From NCBI GenBank assembly GCA_965215195.1, contig CBDCDC010000002.1:1024001-1088000 (forward strand): a stretch of DNA of 64,000 bases. The letters run 5' to 3'. The notes under the pieces were generated by a model, which worked only from the letters and a program-made list of their open reading frames with translations, had not been told where the DNA came from and did no database searches. This DNA comes from Candidatus Latescibacterota bacterium (GTDB taxonomy: Bacteria; Latescibacterota; UBA2968; UBA8231). The first letter of the stretch is position 1; every line of letters starts with the position of its first letter. The position numbers were made by a program, and so were the translations under genes. Shown here one piece after another: positions 48,564 through 57,852 of this stretch.

Positions 48564-49283
48564 ATGCGCGGATGCTTATGGATCGCGGTGCTCATCTTCC
48601 TCGCCAGCGGCTGTGGGCGCTATTTCCCCCAGCCGCTGCGTCCCACGTCCCAACAGGCAGAGGGCATGACCGTCAATGACGACGGCTCGGTCACCTACGC
48701 GCTCGAGCGGCTGGCCATCACCCTCAAGCCGATGACCGATGCCGAACTCAACCGGCAATTCCCCCAAGCCTCAACCGGCGGTGCCGCTGCGGTCAACCCC
48801 TATACCTTTGGCGATTGGGCCGCGCCCGGCGACGACTGGACGCCTTCCCGCTTTATGGTGATGAAGCTCGGCGTTGCCAACTACCAGTTCCCCAAGGTCG
48901 TCATTGACCCCCTCAAGGCCGCGATCAAAGCGGCCAACAATCAAATCTACCGCGCCCTGAGCTACGCCGAGCTGTACGAATACTACCGAGCGTATTGGCA
49001 GGCCAACTCCGGCCAAGGCCGGCTCGAATTCAGGGCGCGCACCGACATTCTCAAGCAAACCATGTTTACTGATGCCTTCATCTTTAGCGGCCGCGACGAG
49101 GAAGGGTACATCGTCTTTCCCCGCTTGGACGACGAAGTAAAGCGCATTCGAGTGGAAATCTCCGACATCGCCATCCGCTTCAATTTCGAGAACGAACCCG
49201 TGGAGACCATTGACCTCAGCGTCTCTTTCGAGCGCGAGGTGCTCAAGGGGCACGCGCCCCATAGCGCGGTTCCGTTGAACTAA
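48564..49283 (+). CDS. Hypothetical lipoprotein
   Basis: LASGC lipobox; directly precedes the VAY gene triplet. Confidence 0.8.
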   Translation: MRGCLWIAVLIFLASGCGRYFPQPLRPTSQQAEGMTVNDDGSVTYALERLAITLKPMTDAELNRQFPQASTGGAAAVNPYTFGDWAAPGDDWTPSRFMVMKLGVANYQFPKVVIDPLKAAIKAANNQIYRALSYAELYEYYRAYWQANSGQGRLEFRARTDILKQTMFTDAFIFSGRDEEGYIVFPRLDDEVKRIRVEISDIAIRFNFENEPVETIDLSVSFEREVLKGHAPHSAVPLN

Positions 49284-49288
49284 TAATC

Positions 49289-51298
49289 ATGCGGCCCCAT
49301 TGCTCCCTTCCGCTTGGCCGATTCGCCGCCATCTGCATGATGGTAGGGCTGGGGGCGCGGCTAGGGCTGGCCGAGGTGCAAACATACCACATCGGCCGCG
49401 GCGGCTTGTCGTGGGCCTCTCAGGCGGACATCCAAAACGGAACCGTAGGAGTAGCAGGTGCGCTACAACCTCTGGAGCTGCGCAGCGGCCAGAACCTGAT
49501 GGACCTGCTGCGGGCCGCAGGTCAAACTTGGCTCAACGGCAGCCCCAGCGACTTTACCAAGCCCGGGCAACCGCGCACTTGGTCCAACGACGGCCCCTTC
49601 AACCAGATAAGCGGCCCCTTGCGGCTGGTTGACGGCGACCCTGCCACCTCGTCAGAAGGCGCATTCAGAACGGCGCGCAACCAAGCCGGGGCCACGTTTT
49701 TCTGGGATCTCGGCGCTCCTTTTCCCATAGACCGCGTGCGCTTCGCGCCAGCGCCTAGTGAACTAGATTGGTTTATCAAGGCATTTGAACTGCGGGTGAG
49801 CGATGGCGAGCAGTTTGACGAAGTCAAGCGGCCGGTCTATCGCCTGCTGAGCCGCGTCGAGGACAACGACAACCCAGTGGTCGAGCTTTCCTTCGATGGA
49901 GTGCAGGGGCGCTTTCTGCGGCTCAAGGTGCTCTCGCGCAATCCCTTCAACCTCGCGGAATTCGAGGTGTACGGCGAGGGATTCGTGCCCGTGTCTAGCT
50001 ATGTCTCGCAGCTTCATTCCTTTGGGCGGCCCGTGAATTTCGGGCGGCTCGTGGTGCAGGCCGAGCGGCTGAGTCGCGGCGCAGCAGGCGACACCGCGAG
50101 CGTGCGCTTGCAGGTACGCAGCGGTATGGACGACACGCCCATAGCCTATTTTCGCCGCGACCGCGACACGGGCGTCCGCGAAGAAATATCCCTGTCCGAG
50201 TACAACAATCTGCCCAGACGCGCCTTGTACCGCCGCGATCCCGCTACGGGCGCCGTGCTAGCAGAAGTGACGAGAACCGAGTATCTCTCGCTGCCGTTGG
50301 CCGAGGTCGGGCCAGCGCGCGACTTTGTGCAGGCTGGCATCCGCGCAGACGTGGAGAATTGGAGCGGCTGGACCCGGCCGCTGCAACTCGATTCGTCGGG
50401 CACGGTCGTCGTGCCGTTGGATCTGCCCAGCCCGCGCGAATTCTTGCAGTTCCGCATCTTTTTTAATGGACGCGCGGCCAGCACCATGCGCCTCGATAGC
50501 TTGGTGGTGGAGTTTGCTCCCGGGCTGGTCAGCGCGGCCGTCGGCGAGGTCGCGCTGGCCGCCGATCCCAACCCCGCCGACGGCGTATTGGCCGTTCCGA
50601 GTGGAGTCGATACTTCCTTTGTCTGCGACATCCTCACCCAATTCGACGAAGGCGATCTAGCGGGCTTTCGCGGCCTCGCGCTCACCGCCTTTCCGCCGCC
50701 GGTGTTTGAGCGGCTGCAAATGGGCGATCCCCTCGTGGAGGTCGCCGACGTGGAGGTCCAGCCTATTGCCGAGGGCTTCCACGTCTTTTTCCCGCCGGTG
50801 ACGCGCCAAAACAACCAGCCTATGCGGCTGACCTTTAGGCTGCAGCTGCTGGAGTACCACACGCCGCTGAACGCCTTTTTGCTCGGCGACGGCCATGTGC
50901 CGCCGCATCCGATTGTGGCCGGCAATGCCAGTGCCGAGGTGGGTACGGGATCCATCCATATTTTCGCCGCAAGCGCCACGCCCTCAGTCGAGGCCCACCT
51001 CTCGACCTCGGTGTTCACGCCCAACGGCGATGGGGTCAACGACGAGGTCGAAGTCGCCGCAGTGCTGGCGCAATTTGCCGGCGAGGTGCTGCTGGCCATT
51101 GAAATTTTTGACCTTTCCGGCCGCCGCGTGCGAAAGCTGAGTGCCGCGCCCCGGGCCGCGGGGGCCTATCGCGCAACGTGGGACGGACGCGATGGGACCG
51201 GCGCAAGAGTCGCGCCGGGTTTGTACCTATGTCGGATTGGGGTGGGCTCGGATGTCGCCTCAACCACCGAGACCCAGCTCATAGGAGTAGCGCATTGA
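49289..51298 (+). CDS. VAY family secreted protein, copy 4
   Basis: DLGAPFPIDRVRF, EFEVYGEGF, FTPNGDGVND; ends GVAH. Confidence 0.88.
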   Translation: MRPHCSLPLGRFAAICMMVGLGARLGLAEVQTYHIGRGGLSWASQADIQNGTVGVAGALQPLELRSGQNLMDLLRAAGQTWLNGSPSDFTKPGQPRTWSNDGPFNQISGPLRLVDGDPATSSEGAFRTARNQAGATFFWDLGAPFPIDRVRFAPAPSELDWFIKAFELRVSDGEQFDEVKRPVYRLLSRVEDNDNPVVELSFDGVQGRFLRLKVLSRNPFNLAEFEVYGEGFVPVSSYVSQLHSFGRPVNFGRLVVQAERLSRGAAGDTASVRLQVRSGMDDTPIAYFRRDRDTGVREEISLSEYNNLPRRALYRRDPATGAVLAEVTRTEYLSLPLAEVGPARDFVQAGIRADVENWSGWTRPLQLDSSGTVVVPLDLPSPREFLQFRIFFNGRAASTMRLDSLVVEFAPGLVSAAVGEVALAADPNPADGVLAVPSGVDTSFVCDILTQFDEGDLAGFRGLALTAFPPPVFERLQMGDPLVEVADVEVQPIAEGFHVFFPPVTRQNNQPMRLTFRLQLLEYHTPLNAFLLGDGHVPPHPIVAGNASAEVGTGSIHIFAASATPSVEAHLSTSVFTPNGDGVNDEVEVAAVLAQFAGEVLLAIEIFDLSGRRVRKLSAAPRAAGAYRATWDGRDGTGARVAPGLYLCRIGVGSDVASTTETQLIGVAH

Positions 51299-53310
51299 CC
51301 GCTTTCTCGCTAGTGCCGCTGCTGCTGGCTGGGGCGGCTTGGGGACAGGCGTCGGCATGGGTCGTGGGCGCGGGTGGCGAACCTTGGGCCGAGGTAGCCG
51401 AGCGCTGGATCGCCCTCGACGACTCCGTGCGCCCCGGGGCCGTACAGCCTCGCGCCGTGCCCCCGGGACGCAACGTGCTGCGCGGGTTGGTGCGCGCAAC
51501 GGGCGTTGCCGCTCAGGTCAACATCTTTGACTACCCTTGGGCCTTTACCAAAGACCCGGACCGGCTGGAGACCGACAACCAACTCGTGGGCTGGAATCCG
51601 CGCATGTGGGGAGGCAACGCAGCGGTGATGCGCGGCCTCATAGATGGCGACGAACTGACCGACTCTTTCGTCCATCCGCCGCGCATCGACGGGCGGCCCA
51701 ATGCCGCGATCTTCTTCACGCTCGACTTGGGAGTGCCCATCGCCCTCGACAGCCTCGTTTTCTTTCCGCCCCAAAGCGGCTTTACCGACGACAACCGACG
51801 CCAGCGCAACCTCTTTCCCGTGGGCTACGAAGTAACGCGCACCAACACGCCCACAGACTGGCTCATTTTCGAGGAAGAGGACGTCGCGCTCGGCTCGCCC
51901 GGCTACCATCCGCTCGACGAGCTGGTCGGCAGCACCTTTTCCAACAACCAGAGCATTGTATCGCTGCGGCCGCCCCTGCGCTTTACGCGCTTTTTGCGCT
52001 TCAAGTTCGGCGGCGTCACATCGCTGGGCATCCTCGCCGAGCTACAGGCCTTTGGCCGCGGCTATCCCCAAGTGGCGCGCTACTTGTCGCAGGTCAAGTC
52101 CTTTGGCGAGCCGGTGAGCCTCGGCCGGATTACTTGGCACTTCACTCGCTACCGGCAGACGAGTTCCGGCCGCATCGTCGAAGACCCAGCGGCCCCGGTG
52201 CAGCTGATCATCGAGACGCGCTCCGGCACGGACGACGATCCAATAGACCACTTTATTTACGACGAGCTCAGCCGCCTCCTCAAAGTGGACCGCCCGACCT
52301 ATGAAGACGCGCCGACGGTCGTACACGCCAGCAACGAGCGCGCACCCGGGTTCCAAGCGCGCCGCGGGGAGGACACTGAGAATTGGACGCCTTGGTCCAT
52401 TGCCTACGTGGAGTCGGGCGACGAGGTGCGCTCGGCCGATGGCGGGACGTTCTTCCAGTTTCGCTTTGCGATCGCCACCGAGCAGCCCTTTGCCTTTGGC
52501 GTGCTGGACAGCGTGGCCTTTGAGGTGTCGCCCCTGTTGGCCGACAGTGTGCTGGCCGAGGTCTCGCTGGCCGGGCCGCTGGCCGACCCCAAGGTCCCGC
52601 TGGGCGTGGATACTGCGTTTGTCTATGACATTCGCACTGTTTTTGCCACCAGTGGCCGCGTGGGGTTTGACGCGATCGAATTGGACGTGCCGCCGGGCGC
52701 GCGCTTTCTCGACTTGGAAATTGACGAAGTGCCCGCGCAGGAAGGCGCGGATTTTTCCTTTGTCGCCGCGCCCAACAAATTCAGCTTCACTTTTCCGCGA
52801 GTTTTTGTCGCAGACACCTCGTTTCGCGTACGCTACCGCAGCGCGATCTACCAAGCCTCGCTCTTTTTAGAGGGGCAATTGATCAACCGCGACCCCCAAG
52901 CCGCCCTCTTGCCCCAGTCGATTGAATCGGGCGATGCCCGCGCAGATGTCGCCAGCAACAGCATCCAAGTGGTGGCCACCGAGGAAGAGCTGAGCGTCTT
53001 GGGTGCGCTGCGGCTGTCTGCGCCGGTCTTGACGCCCAATGGCGACCGAGCCAACGACATCGTCGTCGCGGCCTTTGATCTATTTGGCGTCAACCGAGCA
53101 CCGCTCGCCATGGCAGTGCGCGACCTCGCCGGCCGCCGCGTCGCCACTCTGCTCAGCACCACCGGCCAAGCCGGCTCCTACGCGCCAGCTTGGGACGGCA
53201 AGGATATGGGCGGAGCGTTGGTGCCTCCCGGCCTCTACTTGGTGCAGGTAGAAGTCGAAATAGACTTGGGCACGGTGACGCGGACGCACGCGATCGCCGT
53301 CGCCTATTGA
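51295..53310 (+). CDS. VAY family secreted protein, copy 5
   Basis: AGGAG RBS then TTG 51295 overlapping the upstream TGA; LTPNGDRAND; ends AVAY. Confidence 0.86.
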   Translation: MTAFSLVPLLLAGAAWGQASAWVVGAGGEPWAEVAERWIALDDSVRPGAVQPRAVPPGRNVLRGLVRATGVAAQVNIFDYPWAFTKDPDRLETDNQLVGWNPRMWGGNAAVMRGLIDGDELTDSFVHPPRIDGRPNAAIFFTLDLGVPIALDSLVFFPPQSGFTDDNRRQRNLFPVGYEVTRTNTPTDWLIFEEEDVALGSPGYHPLDELVGSTFSNNQSIVSLRPPLRFTRFLRFKFGGVTSLGILAELQAFGRGYPQVARYLSQVKSFGEPVSLGRITWHFTRYRQTSSGRIVEDPAAPVQLIIETRSGTDDDPIDHFIYDELSRLLKVDRPTYEDAPTVVHASNERAPGFQARRGEDTENWTPWSIAYVESGDEVRSADGGTFFQFRFAIATEQPFAFGVLDSVAFEVSPLLADSVLAEVSLAGPLADPKVPLGVDTAFVYDIRTVFATSGRVGFDAIELDVPPGARFLDLEIDEVPAQEGADFSFVAAPNKFSFTFPRVFVADTSFRVRYRSAIYQASLFLEGQLINRDPQAALLPQSIESGDARADVASNSIQVVATEEELSVLGALRLSAPVLTPNGDRANDIVVAAFDLFGVNRAPLAMAVRDLAGRRVATLLSTTGQAGSYAPAWDGKDMGGALVPPGLYLVQVEVEIDLGTVTRTHAIAVAY

Positions 53311-53393
53311 CCGCGAGAACAACCGATGCTTAAACGCAACCTCATACACGCCACCCCCCCCATTCCAATCCCCCCCCCCAACGGGAAGTCTCC

Positions 53394-55865
53394 GTGATGC
53401 CACTACCCTCAATATCGGCGGCTCAGATCACTCCCCCCTTGGGGGGGAGTCGCCGCCCCCGGCGGCGGTGGGGGGCCAAGAGCGCAGCTAAAAAACTGCC
53501 CTTACTGCTCTTGCTCGCCGTTCACTCCGCCCTATGCGCTCAGGACATTGTTTTTGAGGGGACGGATTTTGCGGCGTGGAAGCATCCGGCCGGGCTCGTC
53601 CAAATCGGCTCTACCGGGGTCGTTGTCAAGCGTTTTGGCACGACGTTCAATGCGGTCGCCAATACGGGCGAATTTTCATCCGTTACCATTGGCGACTACG
53701 GCCGCTTGCCAGTGCGCACCCCCTCCAATCAGGCCCAAGCTGGGCTAGTGGCGGACCAAGACCACACCACCTATTGGCAGCCCGATCTAGGCGATCCGCT
53801 CCAGAAGTGGTGGATAGAGATCGATCTGGAGCGCGCGGTCGTCGCCCGCAAGGTCCGCGTGATCTTTCCCCAGACTGAGGACGCCCGTCCCTTTGAATTC
53901 TTTTCCGTCCACGTCAGCCCGGGCATTCAGGTCGTGGGTACGCCGGGCAAGCACATCGCGTTTGAGCGCGTGGGTCGCCCGGTCAACAACAACGCCGAGC
54001 AGGTGGTGGAGTTCGAGCTCAAAACCGCCAATAAGCCCCCTCCGAGCGGAACGCCCAGCGGGCAGTTTTTGGTAAAAAGCGACAGCTTGGATTTTTCCGT
54101 CATCCGCTTTGTGCGCTTTGAAGCGGCCGGCCAAACCGCCGGTGCCGCCCTCGCCGAAATCGAGGTGGACGGCATTGGCTTCAACCTCTCGACCCGGGTG
54201 TTTACCGAGGTACGCGCGGAAAAGGGCGAGGCGAGCTGGGGCGGCAGGACGTGGACCTCAAGGGCCCGCGATTGCGACGGCTGCGGCAAGGCCAGCGGCG
54301 CGGAATTCCTCGTGGATGCGGACGTGGGCCGGCGCCTGTGGAGCATCCAAGCCTCTTCCGGGGATCGCGATTGGCGCGACGATGGCGTCTGGTCGGTGAT
54401 CGACTTTGGCAACGTGTTCCGCATCGACCGGATCATCTTCGTGCCGCTCATTGGCGGCCGCAGCCCGTGGCTCTACGGCTATCAGCAGGGCGCGGTGGGC
54501 GGCTGGCCCATGTTCGACCTCCTCACGTCCGACGGCAGCCCGAGCAACACGGCCGACCCAACGGCGGAAGGGCCGTTTGCATACGAGTTGCTGTCCCAAG
54601 TGCGCACCAGCTACCCCTTCAACGACTTCCAATTTCCCGTGCGCGACACCCGCCTCATCCTCTGGCGCGTGATCGGCTTCTACGGGCGCGACGCCAATGC
54701 CTTGCAGCTTTTTGCCTTTCACCGCGAAGGCTATCCCAAGCGCGTCGAGCTAGAGTCCGACGACCTCGACTTGGGTGCGGCGCGCAGCATCCGGCGCATT
54801 GAGTGGGACGCCGACCTGCCGCCGGGAACGCGATTAGAGGTACAGACCCAAACGGGCAACGGCTTTACCGAGGTTACGCGCTACTTTCTCAAAAATGGCG
54901 ATGAAGTTACCAAGGAAGCCTATGAAGCGTCGCGCAAGCGCTATCGCGGCGACATTGTGCAAGAAAAGGTGCGCGATGCGACTTGGAGCACTTGGAGCCG
55001 GCCGCACCGCTTTTCCGGGCAGGGCTTTCAGTCGCCTTCGCCGCGGCGCTACTTGCGCACGCGCATTCGCCTGTACAGCGACGACTTAGACGTGTCGCCA
55101 GTGCTGCGCTCGCTGCGGGTTGTGGCCAACGATCCGGTCATTTTTGCCGGCCTGAGCGGCTCGGTGTGGCCGCGCGAAGCCGGGCTTGATTCTCTGACCG
55201 AATTTCGCTACACCATTAAGCCGCAGGCTTTCAACAGCCGCGACCCTGGGTTCGACCAAGTGCTAATCGCCTTGCCGCCGGGCAGCGCGGACGCCGAGCT
55301 GCTCGGGGTGCAGATACGAGGCCAGCAGGTGGAGGCCAAAAGCTGGCTCAGCGGCGATTCGCTGTGGGTGCAACTGCCGCCGCCGGTGGTAAAGCGCGAC
55401 TCGGTTGACATCGCATTTGCAACGCGGGTTTTTGCCAGCCCGACGGTCTTTGCAACCTTGGTCTTTAACTCCAGCCAAGAGGACAACGGGCAGGGGGTCG
55501 TGCCGGCCGAATTGGGGGCGGACCAAGTGTTTGTGCCCGAGGTGGTGCAGGGCGCGTCGCTCATCCGCAACGTGCGCCACGCCGCGCTCTTCACGCCCAA
55601 TGGCGACGCGGTCAATGACCTATACGAATTGAGTTTCACCGTCGTCAAGACCAACAAGCAGCCGCACGTGCGCGTCTTTTCCCTCGCTGGCCGCCCAATC
55701 GCCAAGCTGGCAAACGCCACGCCGCGCGGTGCCCGTGCAACCTACGCGTGGGACGGCCAGAGCAACGGCGAGCTCGTGCCGCCGGGCATGTACATAGTGC
55801 ATGTCGAATTGCAGACAGACCCGAAAGACGAGGTCGTGCAAAGGTACGTCCACGTAGCGTATTAG
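53394..55865 (+). CDS. VAY family secreted protein, copy 6 (true start probably near 53500)
   Basis: WWIEIDLER, SPSPRRYLR, FTPNGDAVND; ends HVAY. Confidence 0.85.
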   Translation: MMPLPSISAAQITPPLGGSRRPRRRWGAKSAAKKLPLLLLLAVHSALCAQDIVFEGTDFAAWKHPAGLVQIGSTGVVVKRFGTTFNAVANTGEFSSVTIGDYGRLPVRTPSNQAQAGLVADQDHTTYWQPDLGDPLQKWWIEIDLERAVVARKVRVIFPQTEDARPFEFFSVHVSPGIQVVGTPGKHIAFERVGRPVNNNAEQVVEFELKTANKPPPSGTPSGQFLVKSDSLDFSVIRFVRFEAAGQTAGAALAEIEVDGIGFNLSTRVFTEVRAEKGEASWGGRTWTSRARDCDGCGKASGAEFLVDADVGRRLWSIQASSGDRDWRDDGVWSVIDFGNVFRIDRIIFVPLIGGRSPWLYGYQQGAVGGWPMFDLLTSDGSPSNTADPTAEGPFAYELLSQVRTSYPFNDFQFPVRDTRLILWRVIGFYGRDANALQLFAFHREGYPKRVELESDDLDLGAARSIRRIEWDADLPPGTRLEVQTQTGNGFTEVTRYFLKNGDEVTKEAYEASRKRYRGDIVQEKVRDATWSTWSRPHRFSGQGFQSPSPRRYLRTRIRLYSDDLDVSPVLRSLRVVANDPVIFAGLSGSVWPREAGLDSLTEFRYTIKPQAFNSRDPGFDQVLIALPPGSADAELLGVQIRGQQVEAKSWLSGDSLWVQLPPPVVKRDSVDIAFATRVFASPTVFATLVFNSSQEDNGQGVVPAELGADQVFVPEVVQGASLIRNVRHAALFTPNGDAVNDLYELSFTVVKTNKQPHVRVFSLAGRPIAKLANATPRGARATYAWDGQSNGELVPPGMYIVHVELQTDPKDEVVQRYVHVAY
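53430..53467. repeat. REP-like GC-rich hairpins
   Basis: ACTCCCCCC-TTG-GGGGGGAGT then CGCCGCC-CCC-GGCGGCG. Confidence 0.6.
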
Positions 55866-55910
55866 CGCGGATTTTATAACGCATTACAACACAATAAAGG
55901 AGGCATAGCA

Positions 55911-57365
55911 ATGTATTATCTTAGCCGCACACTACTGGAAATCGCCGGGATACGCGGCCCTCTCTCTCCAACCTTTAGGACGCTGTTCTTGATGTTTGGC
56001 AAGATAACGGGAGGCCCTTCTCCTCGCACGGCTGAAATGATCCAAGCCGCTGCTCAGATGGGTAAACGTAGGGATGACTGTAACTATTTATCTGATTTTG
56101 TGAAGGAGTTGGCCCAAGACTTTTTTACGGAAGGCGTGGAAACGAAAACGCCATTTAAGGAAATCGTCGCCGACTTTGCACGACAGATAGAAGACGCCAA
56201 GATTCGTCGAAAAGTACTGTATCTTCTCGTGCGAGTAGCACCCAACAATGCGCCTTGTTTATATGAGGCGGCTGAGTCATTTGGACTGCCATCATGCGAA
56301 TTAAGGAAATCAATGTTTCCAACGATATTTAATATGCTTGGCAGGATGATACAGTCCGGTGACAGCTCTCATAGTTTAGCAGAAAATCAAATCAATGTAG
56401 TCGAAGAGGTCATGGATGTAGAAGAACTGGACAACGAGCAGAGACAACTAGCCACTGAGTATTTTTATGGCGGTGCGCAAGATTACTGGGGCTCTGGGGA
56501 TCTCAGGCTTCTTGCCGACGAATATGCAGAATATGAAGAAGACATCGATAAGCGTCGACAAACCCTGTCTTTCCTCGTGCAAACTGCTACTGCTTGTGGC
56601 CACTTGCATACAAGACTAGAGCGCGATCTCGAACAGGCGAGGGCCTCATTTGGACTTCCACCAGACGAATTGGAAGAAGAGATAGCCTTGGGAATGAAGT
56701 TTTTGATGTTTGGCTGCATGGCAAAGGCTGATGGTCACGTATCGGAAAGTGAAATCAATGTAGTCGAAACGTTCATGGACCTCGACGGAGAACTGGACAA
56801 CGAGCAGAGACGACGTTGCGTCAAAATCTTTAACAGAGGTAAGAACTTAACGTCACATAGGATTGCCGCTGCGATATTTGCAAAGTATGCAGGAGACACT
56901 GAGCGTTGGAAAGTCTTGTTGTATCACCTAGTGCTAATCGCCAGAGCTGATGGCGAAGTGCATGAGCAAGAGGATCGTTGTCTCCGCGATGTAGCCGACG
57001 TCTTTGAACTTTCGGGTGCTTTGCGTACTATAACAGAACAGATAAAAAAAGAAGAAGAATACGTGCAGAAATGCTATGAGAGCTTGGGCTGTGCCCCTTC
57101 GGTTTCCGACGCCGAACTGACCAAGTGCTACCGCGACTTGAGCCGCCAATACCATCCCGACGTAATCTCCTCCAAGAACCTCGCGCCGGGCTTTCACAAA
57201 TTTTCCCAAGAAAAATTCCAAGAGCTTCAAGAGGAATACGAAACCATAACCAAACACCGCAAGTATGGATTCTTACCGCCCGCTACCCCACCGGCAGGGG
57301 GTGAAGCCCCAGCGGATCCCTCGATAACCAAACACCGCAAGTATGGATTCTTACCGCCCGAGTAG
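55911..57365 (+). CDS. TerB-like repeats + C-terminal J domain (DjlA-like co-chaperone)
   Basis: AAGGAGG RBS; MAKADGHVSESEI, IARADGEVHEQE; J domain YRDLSRQYHPD..KFQELQEEYE. Confidence 0.85.
   Translation: MYYLSRTLLEIAGIRGPLSPTFRTLFLMFGKITGGPSPRTAEMIQAAAQMGKRRDDCNYLSDFVKELAQDFFTEGVETKTPFKEIVADFARQIEDAKIRRKVLYLLVRVAPNNAPCLYEAAESFGLPSCELRKSMFPTIFNMLGRMIQSGDSSHSLAENQINVVEEVMDVEELDNEQRQLATEYFYGGAQDYWGSGDLRLLADEYAEYEEDIDKRRQTLSFLVQTATACGHLHTRLERDLEQARASFGLPPDELEEEIALGMKFLMFGCMAKADGHVSESEINVVETFMDLDGELDNEQRRRCVKIFNRGKNLTSHRIAAAIFAKYAGDTERWKVLLYHLVLIARADGEVHEQEDRCLRDVADVFELSGALRTITEQIKKEEEYVQKCYESLGCAPSVSDAELTKCYRDLSRQYHPDVISSKNLAPGFHKFSQEKFQELQEEYETITKHRKYGFLPPATPPAGGEAPADPSITKHRKYGFLPPE
57246..57360. 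repeat. 37-bp direct repeat x2 (57246..57282, 57324..57360) encoding ITKHRKYGFLPP
   Basis: ataaccaaacaccgcaagtatggattcttaccgcccg occurs twice. Confidence 0.95.
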
Positions 57366-57424
57366 CGTCCCACTCCGGCGCGTATTTCTGCTTATCGCCG
57401 GAGAGAGCAAACGAATGGAAGGAC

Positions 57425-57793
57425 ATGAAGCTCAACTGCGTTGAAGACGCGGACACCGCATTTATCGAGTTCACTTCGCAGCGCGTCGCCGAGACTCGCA
57501 GCTCATGCGATAACATCCACATAGACCTCGACGCGCAAGGGAACCTCGTCTCCATGAAGATCGAGCACACCGAGAAAAGCACCAACATCTTAGAAGCGGT
57601 CTGCTTCACCGCGCCTTTAGGCGGGACAAACCCCCGGCGTACCGCGTTGAGTAGCGGTCAAATGGAGCGTTTGTCGAGGGCGAGACGCCCTCGGAGGGGC
57701 ACTTTTCGAGGGCGAGACGCCCTCGCTCCAGATTGCTGCACACAAGGGACGGTTCGCGGAATTTTCAGACGGCTTCTTAGAGTTCACCTTTGA
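57425..57793 (+). CDS. DUF2283-like protein, probably degenerate with a read-through tail
   Basis: MKLN..DADTAFIEF..VAET..IHIDLDAQGNLVSMKIEH; the tail runs across REP-like palindromes. Confidence 0.6.
   Translation: MKLNCVEDADTAFIEFTSQRVAETRSSCDNIHIDLDAQGNLVSMKIEHTEKSTNILEAVCFTAPLGGTNPRRTALSSGQMERLSRARRPRRGTFRGRDALAPDCCTQGTVRGIFRRLLRVHL
57663..57730. repeat. REP-like palindrome doublet
   Basis: CGAGGGCG-AGA-CGCCCTCG at 57675..57693 and 57707..57725, enclosed by TGGAGCG / CGCTCCA. Confidence 0.75.
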
Positions 57794-57852
57794 GCGTCAA
57801 CCAAAAACGACCGCGTGACAGTGGCCACTGGCCACCAAACAGGAGAGAGGAC

